Positions 25,741 to 38,224 of a stretch of DNA of 64,000 nucleotides are shown piece after piece. Positions within the stretch are counted from its first letter, which is position 1; each line of letters opens with the position of its first letter. The translations under genes were made by a program, and so were the position numbers. The notes below the pieces were generated by a model. The model saw only the letters and a list, made by a program, of their open reading frames with translations, was not told where the DNA came from and did no database searches. The stretch comes from an uncultured Chloroflexia bacterium (GTDB taxonomy: Bacteria; Chloroflexota; Anaerolineae; JAAEKA01), in the NCBI GenBank assembly GCA_963707275.1, contig CAVPPH010000010.1:111106-175105 (forward strand), given 5' to 3'.

Positions 25741-26550
25741 ATGACCCGATCCAAGGATTCCATCGTCGACGCTACGACCCCCAGCGCCGGACGAATTTAT
25801 GACTATTTCTTGGGCGGTCATCATAATTTCGAGGTGGATCGACAGGCGGCTCAAGGAATTCTCGCAGCATGGCCGTTTATGAGCAAGGTCATGCGCTTGC
25901 AACGATGGTGCTTGCAAGATGTTGCCCACGAACTAACGATTGTCAAGGGAATGGATACGATCATTGATTTCGCGTCAGGGTTACCAACCCAGGATCACAT
26001 CCACCTCGTTGTTCCAGAAGGCACCACGGTAATCTACTCGGATTACGATCCGGTCGTTGTGGAATACGGCAAGCAAATCCTCGAGGATACGCCAAATGTA
26101 TATTTTTTTGAGGCGGATGCCCGACGCCCACTGGAGTTGCTTGAGAGTGCTGACGTGCAGCGAATTACGGGCGGCAAGCGGAATGTTGGCCTGGTATATT
26201 GGGGCGTCTCCATCTTTCTTAATGACGAGGAGTTGGAGGGTGCCGCACGCCAGTTGGACGAATGGGCTGGGCCCAAAAGTTGTTGGGCCTTCAATGCTCA
26301 GGCAATTGGGGCAGACGTCAACGATCCGACGGTTCGGAGTATGATTGACCTATACGCTCGAGTTGGTTCGACACTGAATATCCGCTCGGAAGAAAGTTAC
26401 CGTAATCTCCTCGCTCCTTGGGTTCCAGATGATAGGGGTTTCATATCATTCCTTGATTGGCATGGCCTGGATCAATCAATCATGACTCCAGAAGATGCAG
26501 TAACTGCTGGTCCTGCTGGATCAGGCGCCGGCGCATATCTGATCAAATAG
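25741..26550 (+). CDS. SAM-dependent methyltransferase (actinobacterial Methyltransf_19/DUF574-like)
   Basis: PSAGRIYDYFLGGHHNFEVDR, IDFASGLPTQDHIH, VIYSDYDPVV, ADARRP family motifs. Confidence 0.85.
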   Translation: MTRSKDSIVDATTPSAGRIYDYFLGGHHNFEVDRQAAQGILAAWPFMSKVMRLQRWCLQDVAHELTIVKGMDTIIDFASGLPTQDHIHLVVPEGTTVIYSDYDPVVVEYGKQILEDTPNVYFFEADARRPLELLESADVQRITGGKRNVGLVYWGVSIFLNDEELEGAARQLDEWAGPKSCWAFNAQAIGADVNDPTVRSMIDLYARVGSTLNIRSEESYRNLLAPWVPDDRGFISFLDWHGLDQSIMTPEDAVTAGPAGSGAGAYLIK

Positions 26551-26755
26551 ACCTTGCCAGTAAACGACGTTTGAGGGATCACGATTCGGTCGACAGGCGA
26601 ATTCAACTGAATGCGAGCCAATACTTCAGGCCGCAATACTACAGTTCTCTTGGTGCGGCAAAGCAGTTGCACTTCCTCTTTGGTGTTACTCCGCCCCAGA
26701 TCCGTTATCCATGAGCTTATGCAGTGATAAGCCGGCGGATCGGTATGTCTGATTC

Positions 26756-28457
26756 ATGACTGATCAACAACGACGCGTGGCAGAAACCTTGCTGGATAGC
26801 TATGAGATTTTGGCAAGCCACCGAGATGATCTGGTGGTTCGTTTAATCGATACTCTTCGCCAAGGCTTGTTCCTAAGCAGAGCCTTTATTCGGCCTTCGC
26901 AAATAGCAGGAATCGCAAACCGGGAAGCAGACGCATTCCTCTATTATTTTGAAAAGCAAGACAGCGCCTCAGCCGCTGTGTTTGGGGAAGAACTTGGAAG
27001 GTTAGGGGTTGGTGACGAAGCCGTCCTCCGTTACAGCCGGGTTTTGCGACATTTCTGTGGTAAATACCTTGACCCCGAAGTTTCCGATTCTTATTTGGAA
27101 ATGGTGGAAGATTACCATCGAACAGTGATCTTCAGGATTCTTCCGTGCTCGAGAAGATACGATACTGAAAGAGCAGGAACGAATTCGTTGGGCGCTGCAA
27201 CAGTCATTACATCGATACACCCTACAATTGGAAACAGCAGCCGAAGTGGCTCGTGTTGCAATCTCCACCCTCGACCTAACAACATTGTTGGGTGCAAGTG
27301 TGGACCTGATCTGCAAGCGATTGGACCTCGGCTACGTTGCCATCTATTTGGTTAACGACACAAGCATTTATCTTGAACTGCAGGATGCCACAGGTGAAGA
27401 AGGGAAACAAAGAGTTCTGTCTCGCCACAGATTAGCAATCAATGGAAAATCTACGGCAGCGCGCTGCCTGGCTTCCGGACAGAACGTTATTACCTTATTC
27501 CGTGACCTCAGCGAAAACAATACTGAGACCTCCTGGCTTCAAGATACCCAATCAGAGATTTGCGTGCCTCTGATCACTCATGGCAAAGTCATCGGAGTTC
27601 TGAGTGCCCAGAGCGTCAACAACGATATGTTCTCATCGCAGGACATTACTGGCTTTCAGATTATGGCCGACCAGCTGGCCAACGCCATTGAAAATGCTCG
27701 ATTGTACGCTGACGCCCGCCAGCGAGCTGATGATTTGGCTGTCGCTTACGAGCAACTCAAAGAACTGGAACACCTCAAAGACCAGTTCATGCAGAACATC
27801 TCGCACGAACTGCGCACGCCGTTGACCATGATCCGGGGCTACGCGGAGTTGATGGCTTCGAACCAATTGGGCGCGCTCGATGCCGACCAGCTCGACGCCA
27901 TCGACGTCATTCTGCGTTACTCCAACGCCCTCACCGTGCTGGTCGACGACATTATGGCCATCATGGATGTGAGCACGTCCAAAGTGACCTGTCAGCCCGT
28001 CGCGCTGGCGGAGTTGCTTAGCACCAGCCTGCTCGATTTCCAGGTGCTGGCCGCCGGCGCCGGCGTTATGCTGGACTCGGACATTGACGAGAACGACGAA
28101 CGCCCCGTCGTTTACGCCAATCCCGATCACATCCGGCGCATCGTCGAAAACCTCATCGGCAACGCGGTCAAGTTCACTCCAGCTGGCGGCAAGGTCTGGG
28201 TACAGCTAGACGTAGAGGACAGCCTGGCCATCGTCCGGGTCAGCGACACCGGCATCGGCATCCCCCCAGAGATGGTGCCGCACGTGTTCGACCGTTTCTT
28301 CCAGGTCGATGGTTCGCGCCGGCGACGCTATGGCGGTGCCGGGCTGGGTCTTGCGCTGGTAAAAGAACTGGCGGAGAGCTACGGCGGCTTGGTGGCAGCC
28401 GACAGCCTGGGTGTTGATTGCGGCGCGACCTTCCGCGTCGCCTTGCCGATCATGTGA
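26756..28457 (+). CDS. Soluble sensor histidine kinase: helical N-terminal domain, GAF, HisKA, HATPase (frameshift near 27135)
   Basis: SEICVPL..GVL..QLANAIENARLY GAF; ISHELRTPLT H-box; NLIGNAVKFT, DTGIGI, GAGLGL; no TM segments. Confidence 0.88.
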
Positions 28458-28464
28458 TCGATAA

Positions 28465-28527
28465 GGTGACAGTCACTTTCATCTCACCTCGTCGACCTAT
28501 TTGCAGCGCCCCAAGGTGACCGTCACC
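28465..28527. repeat. REP-like inverted repeat related to 603-631, between convergent genes
   Basis: GGTGACAGTCACTTT ... AAGGTGACCGTCACC. Confidence 0.55.
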
Positions 28528-28528
28528 G

Positions 28529-29145
28529 TTACCGCAGAAATGCCGGCCTGCCGTCATCCTCACCCGGCTTCCCCTTCCACAGGTTGCGAAAGCGCAGATC
28601 GTGGATCACCGTCCACAGTACCGGGCGTCCGCCCACATAGGGATTCCCCGTCAGCGCCTCCAGAAAAGTCTCCCAGCGTTGCTCGTAGAGCAACTGGTTG
28701 CTGATGATACGCCACTTGCCCTCGTGCTTGAAGAACAACATCACGTGCGCTGCATTGGCCAGCCCCATCTCGTACGGATTGATCAGCACCGTCACCAGAT
28801 AGCGATCCTCGGGCCGGTCACAAAATGGCTCCACATTGCGCGGCTGAGAAGAACGCCAGCCCGTCGCAGTCGTCCGCGAACTCACCCTTGGTGAACAGTT
28901 GCCAGGCCATGTAGCCCAGGCTGGGGAAGAAATCGATCACGCCGCCCAGCGGGTCCGATACCCAACGCACATGCTGCGGCAGCCACTGGGCATACTCCTC
29001 CAGCGACGCAAACTCCAGCGGCTGCCAGGGCAGGCTGGGCCGCAGGCGCATCACCACGGCGTGAAAACGGACGCTTGAACCGCGTCATCCAGATCGCCAG
29101 CCCCTGCTTCCAACCCCAGACGGCTGCTCGCTGTCGTCGTTTCAT
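28529..29145 (-). CDS. Hypothetical protein, possible transglutaminase-like Cys protease (frameshifted)
   Basis: Joined frames give WVSDPLGG..ADDCDGLA..AHVMLFFKHEGKW; coupled to the upstream gene. Confidence 0.55.
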
Positions 29146-29148
29146 CGC

Positions 29149-30092
<944 letters not shown>

Positions 30093-30196
30093 GAATAAGA
30101 ACTCCTTTGTTGGGGAGAGGGGCGGAAGGGAAATGAGGGAATAGAAGGGAAATGGCTACTGCGCATGTGGTACACCGTCAACTCTGGACTGCCCGG

Positions 30197-33100
30197 TCAG
30201 GTTTCCCGCATTTCCTTCCTTTCCCTCTTTTCCCTCCTTTTCTCTGGTTCCATCCGCTGCAACAGTCCCAGCGTCAGCATGAACAGCAGCATCAGATCGA
30301 CCAGGAACAGCGAGTTGTCGATCAGCCCGTGGGCCAGCGTTGCGACCAGCGACGCCAGCAGGCCGAGCACGATGGCCCGGCGATTGCCGCTGAGCTGACC
30401 AAGCGATCGCCAGCCGCTGCGAAAGGCTGCCACGAACAGCCACACGCCGACCACCAGACCGGGGATACCCAGCCGCGTCCAGAAGTCCAGCACGATGTTG
30501 TGCGGGTGGCTCAGATTGATCTCCTGCCAGGCGGTCGGCAGTACGTAGGTGGTGCGGTAGGCATACAGGAAGTTGTCCAGACCGACGCCCTGCCATGGAT
30601 GATCCTTGATCATATTCCACGCGCCCTGCCAGAGCTGCAAGCGGAAAAAGCTGGTGCCGCCTTGTAGGTCGAACAGGCCAGCGAAGCGCTCCGTTGCGAA
30701 AAACGGCGCCAACACCAGCAGGCCGACCGCCGCCGCACCCAGCGCGATCCAGCGCCAGCGACCGCCGGCCACGAAACCCATGAACAGCACTGCGGCCGGC
30801 ACGCCCAGCAACAGCCCGCCTTTGCTGAAGGTCAGCAGCAGCCCGGCCGCCATGACCAGAACTCAGCGCGCTGGCCAGCAACCGCTCGCGGCGGCGCTCG
30901 CCGAACGCCGCCACCGCCAGCATGACAGGCAGCGCGTGCGCCACGTACAGCGCCAGGTTGTTGGGCGACCCGTAAGGCCCGCGCACCCGCCACACGCCCT
31001 CGGCATCGATCAGGCCGACGCCGCTGAGCGCCTGGACGATACCCCAGGCGGCGACGATTGCCGCGCCTGCGCCGAGGCCCCAGACCACCGGCCAGGGATC
31101 GAAACGCCCATCCGCGCGTCGCCGGCGCGAGACGAACCGCCGCGTAGGTCAGCACGCCGGCCACGATCACCGTGCGAAACTCGCGCGCTGCCACGCCAAA
31201 ATTCTGCGCCGTGATCAACGACAGCGCGGCCACGACCAGCAGCGCCAGCACCGGCCAATCCAGCCCGCGGACGTTGAACCTCAATCGCCAGTGACTCGGC
31301 CGCGCCGGCGACGCAGCAACATGTCTGCCAGCAGCGCGAACCACCAGCGCCCCGACCAGCAGCCAGACGGTCAGCTCAGCCGGACTGACGGCCTGCCCAG
31401 CAACGAGACAGAGAGCAGAAACAGCGGCGCTGCGCACAGCCAGGCTGAACAGCCCTGTCTCCGGGAACGCGACGAACAGGAGAAAGAGCAAACCGAGCGC
31501 AAGCAGTTGCAGCCAGCCCGTCAGTGCGATGACGCCAATCCACACGACGACCAGCACGGCGTAGCGACCGGCCACCGGCGTCCTGTCGAGCACCGCGAAC
31601 AGCGACTGACCGCTTCTGGTTGCGATCGCGCCATCGTCCCTGCCGTCGCCAGTCCGGCCACGCCGGCGCCCGCCAGCAACAGACCCGGCGATGCCCAGAA
31701 TCCAGCCCAGCGGCACGGGCCAGCGCTGTGCCGTCTCTTTGGACACCACGAAGCCCTGCACCGGCCATTGCTCCCAGCCGCCCGTTGCGTGCAACTCGGC
31801 CCGGTGTGTGCCGTCGGCCAATCCATCAGCAATCGTGACCAACTCCTGCCCACCCAGCGGATCGTGTAGCACGAGGTAAGCTTTGCCGTCGGCATCCTGT
31901 GGCAGCGCATTGGCCGGCTCGCCATCGACCGTGACGTCGAGATAGCCCCAGTAAGGTCCGCGCTGCACCTGCAACGCCAGCCCGGTTCCCTCGAACTCAA
32001 CCGTCAGCGTGTTGCCTTCGCCCGCTGCGCCGTGAGGCGGGTCGGCGGCCTGGCCGGTCAGCCGCCAGCCGCCGCTTTCGTTGACCGCGGCATCGTCTGG
32101 CGGCCAGATGCCCGCGCCCAACGGGTGTGCGGTAGCGCTCCACGTCTCCAGACTGGCCAGCGCCGGCATTGCGTCCCCACTCGAATCGACCAGCGCAAAA
32201 CCCCAGTGCGGATCACCCACTGGCTGCGGCGGCTGCCACCACGCCCACGCCAGACCGGCGCTCCACGGCCAGTTGCGCCGCGCCCAGTCGGCTGCCTGCA
32301 TAGCCCAGCTAGCCTGCTGTTCGCGCGAAACGCTTTTCCAGGGGCTGTCAGCGGGGGCGTCGGACGTGCGTCGCGTGCCAGCCGTAGGCCGCTGTCAACA
32401 GCGTTGTACCAGCGTCGCCGTTGTCGTCCATCACCTGCCGCAGCAGCTCGGCGCGGCGGAAGTTGAGCCGCGCCGGATCGGGCGGATCGTCCGGTGGCAG
32501 ATCGAAACCGTAGGGCTGGGCCGCGGCCAGATCGAACCAGGGTGCAGCCGCCGGCCCGGTAGAGGTCGTCCAGAAACACGAGGTCGCTCTGGTTCAGCCC
32601 GCCTGCCTCGACGTTGGGCGCCAGCGCGGCAGCCACGACGACGGCATCGGGGTCAGCTTCGCGCACCTGAACAGCCGCCTCGCGCAGCAGTCCGGCGTAA
32701 TCAGCCGCGTCAACGGAACGGCTGCCCCAGTGCGGCGCGATGTTAGGCTCGTCCCAGACCTGATAGAAACGCAGCCGCTCGCCGTAGCGCTGGGCAACCG
32801 CGGCGGCGAAATTGCCAAAATCGGCGCGGCTGGCAGGCGGCGCCAGCGGGTTGGCAGCGTCTTCGGGTGAGCGCGCCCAGGCAGGCGAACCGTCCAATAC
32901 CGCGACAGACCTCCAGACCGCGCGCGGCCGCGCCGTCCACGATGGCATCCCAGGTCTGCCAGTCGCTATCGCCGGGCTGCGGTTCGATCAGGTTCCAGTC
33001 AAAGCGCTGGCGAATCCAGCCAATACCAGCTGCGGCGATGGCGTCCAACGCAGCCTCGCGGTCGCGAGGACTGTAGGTCTGGAGCGCAACGTTGACGCCG

Positions 33101-33238
33101 AAGGTGTCGGAGATGCGAGACGCAACGGGCTGTGCTGCTGCCGCGTTGCAGGCTGGATTGCCCGGCAGACGCCCAGACCACAGCGGCAGCCGCCAGCAGA
33201 ATCAGGCCAAGCAGCAGGGCGGCAAAATACCTCTTCAT
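30197..33238 (-). CDS. Clan GH-A (GH5/GH39-like) glycoside hydrolase fused to O-antigen ligase-like membrane domain (several frameshifts)
   Basis: Signal/TM, RQRFDWNLIEP, YQVWDEPN; later YGSPNNLALY, LTFSKGG, RLQLWQGA, GVGLDNF, SHPHNIVLDFW. Confidence 0.75.
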
Positions 33239-33270
33239 GGGGCCAAAATCCTACCACAACGCTCCGCGTT

Positions 33271-33299
33271 TTGACAAATCACCCGACTTCGGCTAGAAT
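33271..33299 (+). promoter_or_regulatory. Sigma70 promoter of rplY
   Basis: TTGACA-N17-TAGAAT. Confidence 0.8.
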
Positions 33300-33415
33300 G
33301 CCTCCAGTGGCCCGCACCCGGTCGAGTTTGGGAGCGGGCCAGCCGCGCTAGAAACAAAGAAAAATCGCCGAGAAGTTGACTGCGTCGAGCCGGCGGATTG
33401 AAAGGACAAAGCATT

Positions 33416-34064
33416 ATGGAAGACTATTCTCTTCAAGTAGCGATCCGCGATGCCAACGGCGTGAAGCCGGGCAAACTGCGCGCCGAGGGCTTTACGCCGG
33501 CGGTTGTGTACGGCGCTGAGATTGCGCCGCAAATCGTGCAGATCGAAAGCCGGGAACTGGACCGCCTGCTGGCCCGCGGCGGCGCCGCTCACCTGGTCAA
33601 CCTGGAGGGTGAGGAATTCGCCAAGACACGCGTGCTGATCCGCGAGGTCCAGCGCCACCCTGTCCGCCGCGAGGTGTTGCACATCGATTTCGTGCGCGTC
33701 TCGGCCGGCCAGAAAATTCGCATGGCTGTCGCATTGCACCTGGTCGGCGAAGCACCGGCCCTGGAAGAGGGCGCTATCCTCCTGCAGAATGTTCGACTCG
33801 ATCGAGATCGAGTGCCTTCCAGACAGCTTGCCATCGCACATTGAGGTCGATGTCTCCGGTTTGGTCCATCTCCACGACCGGATCTATGCCACGGATCTCA
33901 AGCTGCCGCCGGGCGTGGAACTGTACGGCGATTACAGCGACGAAGCGTTGATCAGCCTCAGCATCCCGCGCAGTGCCTCTACCGAGGAAGAGGTCGAAGA
34001 GGAAGAAGGCGTCGAAGAGCCGGAGATATTGTCCGACCGCCACGAAGAAGAAGACGAAGACTAG
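33416..34064 (+). CDS. rplY: 50S ribosomal protein L25/Ctc (frameshift near 33795)
   Basis: LRAEGFTPAVVYG, EVQRHPV, HIDFVRV, ECLPDSLPSHIEVDVS, acidic tail. Confidence 0.93.
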
Positions 34065-34086
34065 GCCAGTTTCGCCTGATACAATG

Positions 34087-34121
34087 CGAGCACCAACACC
34101 CGTTGGTGCTCGTTTTCTTTC
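34087..34121 (+). terminator. Intrinsic terminator after rplY
   Basis: CGAGCACCAAC-ACCC-GTTGGTGCTCG followed by TTTTCTTT. Confidence 0.85.
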
Positions 34122-34399
34122 TGGGGGTAACGACGAGCGAGTCGTTTCCAATAGGTTAGCTATTCAGTCTTCACTGTGACGCCACGCCCACGGAGGCGGG
34201 ATCCACTCTTCACGAGCGCCAAACTCCCACCTCCGGGGCTTGGGCGTGACGGGTGGGTTGTTACCCAAAATGAACAGTAAATGAGCAGGTGTTGATCTGG
34301 AGTCAGTTGTCGGTCGCTGGTACAATATGAACTGCCGATGTCGCCGTGCCAGAGGCAGCGGACCGGCACCTTCTCTCACAAGCCAAGAAATGAGGCTCG

Positions 34400-37087
34400 A
34401 TGGCAGTCAAGGCACAAACCACTCGCAGCATTTCGTTCACTGACCATTTGAAGCAGGCATTGGAACTGATCGACAATTCGGAAGCGCTGGGCGGCCAGTC
34501 GCCGCTGGCCGCGCCCTATTTTCTGGGCGATGCGCTGCGCGGCGTCGATGCGACCCCGGCGGCACGGGGCGCGGCCCTCCGCGCCGCTATCGACCGCTGT
34601 CTCGTGACCATGTGGGGCGGTCCGCTGCCGGACGACGGCCACGCCATGCTGGACGAGGCGCTGAGCGAGGAGGAGCAGGGCGGACGTTACGACTGCCTGA
34701 TCCTGGAGCTCAACTACCTCGGACAGCGCTACCGGCCCGTGCCGCGCAACCAGGCCGCGATCTACCACGACATCCTGCACATCTCACGGCCGACGCATGA
34801 CCGCCACCTGCGCAACGCGATCGGTCGTCTGGGCGCGCTGCTGCTGCAGCAACTGCGGCCCGCGGTGCGTCCGGAGCAGCCCATCGCCCCGCCCGCGCTG
34901 ATCGGCCGCGACCAGCTTCAGCAGCAGGCGCTGGACGACCTGGAAGCGCGGCAAGTCGGTCAGCCTCACCGGCCCGGGCGGGGTCGGCAAGACCTCTCTG
35001 GCCGCGACGCTGGCGGACGACTGGATTTCGCCGGCCGTCTTCTGGTACACCTTCCGCCCGACCTTCAACGACCAGTTGGAGAGCCTGCTTTTCGCCCTCG
35101 GCTATTTTCTGCACGGCCAGGGCGCGTCGGCGCTCTGGCATCAACTGGTGGCCGATGGCGGGCGCATCAAGGACAGCGGGCTGGCGCTGGGGTTGGCGCT
35201 GGCAGATCTGGCCAGCCTGCGGCATCGCCCGCTGCTCTGCTTCGACGAACTTGATTTCCTGCGCCCGCTGACCCAGGACCAGGCCAAACCAAACCATGTC
35301 CAGATCCTCGAATTCCTGGACAGCCTGCGCGGCCACACAGCCCTGCTGCTGATCGGCCAGCGCAGCTACTGGGAAAGCGACGCCATCTACCGGCTGGACG
35401 GGCTGACCGCCGAGCAGTTCGACGCCTGGCTGACATCGCTGTCGATCTCTCATTCACCCGCCGACGCAGCGCAGCTTCACGCCTACACGGCCGGCAATCC
35501 GCGTCTGGCGGAGCTTTGCATCGCCCTCTTCAGGCGGCCGGCGGCGAGTCGCTGGCCGCCGTGCTGGATCAGCTGCCGCGCTTCCAGGCGCTGCTTCCCC
35601 TCTGGCTGCGCCTGGAACGCCGGCTACCGCTGGCGGAACGGCAGGTATTGCAGGCGTTATCCGTCTTTCGCTCGCCCGCGCCCGCCGATGCGTGGCTGGG
35701 CGACGAGGAAGCGGCCGACGCGCTGGCGCAGTTGATCAGCCGGCGGCTGGTGCAGAGCGACGAGCAGGGCGGCGTCACGCTGCTGCCGGCGCTGGGCGAG
35801 GTCGTCTACGCCGAGCTGCCGGTGGAAACTCAGGAAGAGCTGCACGGGCAGGCCGCCCAGATCCGCGCCGAACGCGGTGAGTACACCGCGGCCGCGTACC
35901 ACCTCTACGCTGCCGGCCAGCCGGACGCAGCCGTCGAGCTGTGGTATCCGCAGCGCGCCCAGGAGATCAACCGCGGCCAGGCCGGCGCGGCGCTGGCGAT
36001 CTTCTCGCAGATTTCCCAGCGCCGCCTGACCACGCGATCGCCGCAAGGAACTGCTATCTGCTGCGCAGCGAGCTGCACGAACTGATCGGCGAACCGGCGC
36101 GCGTCATCGACGAGCTGTCGTCCACGGAACTGGACCCGTCGATGACCCGGCCACGCCGGAAGCCATGCTGCGCCTCGGCCACGCGCAGGAAGCCCAGGGA
36201 CAGGCCCGATGCGGCGCTGGACACCTATCAGGCCGGGCTGGAGACGGTCACCCATTTGTTGCGCCAGGGCGCGCAGCTGCACGTCCAGCGCAGCCTGACG
36301 CATCTGCGCCAGCGGGAGATGCAGCAGGCGTGGAAGGAGGCAAACCTGGCCCGCTTCCACGCTGAGACCATGCTGGGCGTGGTGCACGATCAGCGCGGCG
36401 ACTACGAGACCGCCCGCGCTCACTACGTCAGCGCGCTGGCGACGGCGGAGGAGGCGGACTACGAGGCGGGCATGGCGCAGAGCCATCACTATCTGGCGAT
36501 GCTGGCCGGACGTCACGGCAACATGGACGAGGCGCTGCCGCATTTCGAGCAGGCCATCGACTTCTACGAGCACATCGGCGACCGCGTCAACCGCGAGTAC
36601 GTGCGCAGCAACCTGGCCAGCGCCTACATCCAGACCGGCCAGTTCGCCGAGGCGCTGGCGCCGGCCGAGCAGGCGATGCGTTTCTTCGAGGCCATGGGCA
36701 ACCCCTTCCGCACCGCCCAGAACGCTTCGAACCTGGCGGAAGCGCACGCCGAGCTGGGCAACCTGGAGCCGGCGCAGCAGTACGCCGAGCTGGTGCTGGC
36801 ACAGGAGGAGCCGCACAGCCATCCCTACGCGCTCTACACGCTGGGCACAGTCTACAAGCAGCGCGGCGACTGGGAGCGTTCCTGGCTCTCCTACGATCAC
36901 TGCCGCAAGATGGCAGAGGCCAACGACGACACCTATCTGCTGGCATTTGCCTGGCGCGCGCTGGGTGAAGTACACGACAGCCAGACAAGAGCAGGCCAGC
37001 GCTGACGCCGCCTTTGCGCAGGCGTTGGAACTGTTCCAGCGCCTCAACATCGCCGAAGAAGTGCGCCGTACTGAGGAATTGATGTAA
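34400..37087 (+). CDS. HTH-STAND (NB-ARC-like) ATPase-TPR protein, putative transcriptional activator (frameshifted)
   Basis: N-terminal HTH-like QAAIYHDILHISRPTHDRHLRNAI; Walker A LTGPGGVGKTSLA; Walker B LLCFDELD; TAGNPRL; C-terminal TPR helices. Confidence 0.8.
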
Positions 37088-37091
37088 GAGC

Positions 37092-37147
37092 GTGATGCAA
37101 AACACCTACAACGTGATGCATTCCGCAGCCCTTTTGCGTTTTATACT
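37092..37147 (+). promoter_or_regulatory. Double-box promoter 1
   Basis: GTGATGCA (37092), GTGATGCA (37113), 21 bp, TATACT (37142). Confidence 0.75.
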
Positions 37148-37205
37148 GTGTGTGTCGAAACAACACCTGACGATCACTAAGCAAGGACAACAAGGAGCAA
37201 CTGAA

Positions 37206-37964
37206 ATGAAACTGGTTTGGAGAATTCTACTGGCGATCACCCTGGTTCTGGGCATGACCTCTTCCCTGGCAACGGCAACCCCTGCCGCCGCGGATGCAGA
37301 GTACGGCTATCTGTGGTCGCTGGACTTCGACTTTGAACATGACTTCAACGGCGTGCTGACCATCCGGGTCGGCCCGTGGGAGAACGGCAATCTGGTGTCG
37401 GTGGACGAGACCTCGACCGCGATCGTTGGCTGCCGGCCCATTGGGCCTGTGGCGCTGAACGCTGGCGACGCCGTCTTCGATGGCGGGCACCTGGAGTGTT
37501 ACCTGGACCTGGCGTCGGTGGTGCTCAACAACCACAAGCTGACCGTTGAGCCGGTGGACAACTACGGCAGCATCCTGCTGCGTACACGGGTCAAGAGCAC
37601 AGCCAACACGGTCGCTCCCATGTTCACGCACCCGGACGCGTCCTACAAGATCGACTTCACCAGCACGTTCGCAGTCACGCCGCAACAGGAGTTGTGGAAC
37701 AACGCCGGCCTGCTGCAGGCAACCTTCCCCGGCGTGACCATCAACACCTGGCAGCCGTACACCTACCAGTACACCTGCATCTGGGGCGGCCCGTGCGACG
37801 CGACCTTCCGGGTCGGCCCGCAGCTGCAGAACATGCCCACCGCGGGCGGGCGGGTGCGCTTCTCCACCGGGCCGACGGTCTTCGAGATCGGCCGCGACGG
37901 CGGCGACCTCTTCTACGGACGAATGTCCTCACTGCGCATCGATCCGGGGAACTCCGCCCACTGA
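37206..37964 (+). CDS. Secreted protein, possibly LamG/concanavalin-like beta-sandwich
   Basis: Signal peptide MKLVWRILLAITLVLG..A; AAGGAG RBS; AVFDGG and C-terminal FEIG...FYGRMSSLRID pattern. Confidence 0.7.
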   Translation: MKLVWRILLAITLVLGMTSSLATATPAAADAEYGYLWSLDFDFEHDFNGVLTIRVGPWENGNLVSVDETSTAIVGCRPIGPVALNAGDAVFDGGHLECYLDLASVVLNNHKLTVEPVDNYGSILLRTRVKSTANTVAPMFTHPDASYKIDFTSTFAVTPQQELWNNAGLLQATFPGVTINTWQPYTYQYTCIWGGPCDATFRVGPQLQNMPTAGGRVRFSTGPTVFEIGRDGGDLFYGRMSSLRIDPGNSAH

Positions 37965-37987
37965 TCACAACAAGCTAACCAGCTTTC

Positions 37988-38024
37988 AAAAGTCCGACTT
38001 CTTCCGTGAAGTCGGACTTTTTTT
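37988..38024 (+). terminator. Intrinsic terminator
   Basis: AAAAGTCCGACTTC-N6-GAAGTCGGACTTTT plus T tract. Confidence 0.85.
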
Positions 38025-38110
38025 GTGCTCTCGAGCGTTCGTAGCAGGCGACTCCAGCGCCGTGTCGAGCCCAACACGACGCTGAAGCGCCTGATACGAA
38101 CGGGCCAAGC

Positions 38111-38166
38111 ATGATGCATAGGCCCCGATCTGTGAGACATCCGCGACCCCGATCCGGTAGTATCCT
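38111..38166 (+). promoter_or_regulatory. Double-box promoter 2
   Basis: ATGATGCA (38111), GTGAGACA (38132), 21 bp, TATCCT (38161). Confidence 0.7.
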
Positions 38167-38224
38167 ATGGTTACACAGATGAATGTGGCAGCACATAACC
38201 GTACCAACCCAAGGAGAACCAACG

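Noticed and set aside
35905-37050. Long antisense ORFs here and throughout the window
   Set aside because: Expected in high-GC DNA opposite real genes; no motifs or RBS
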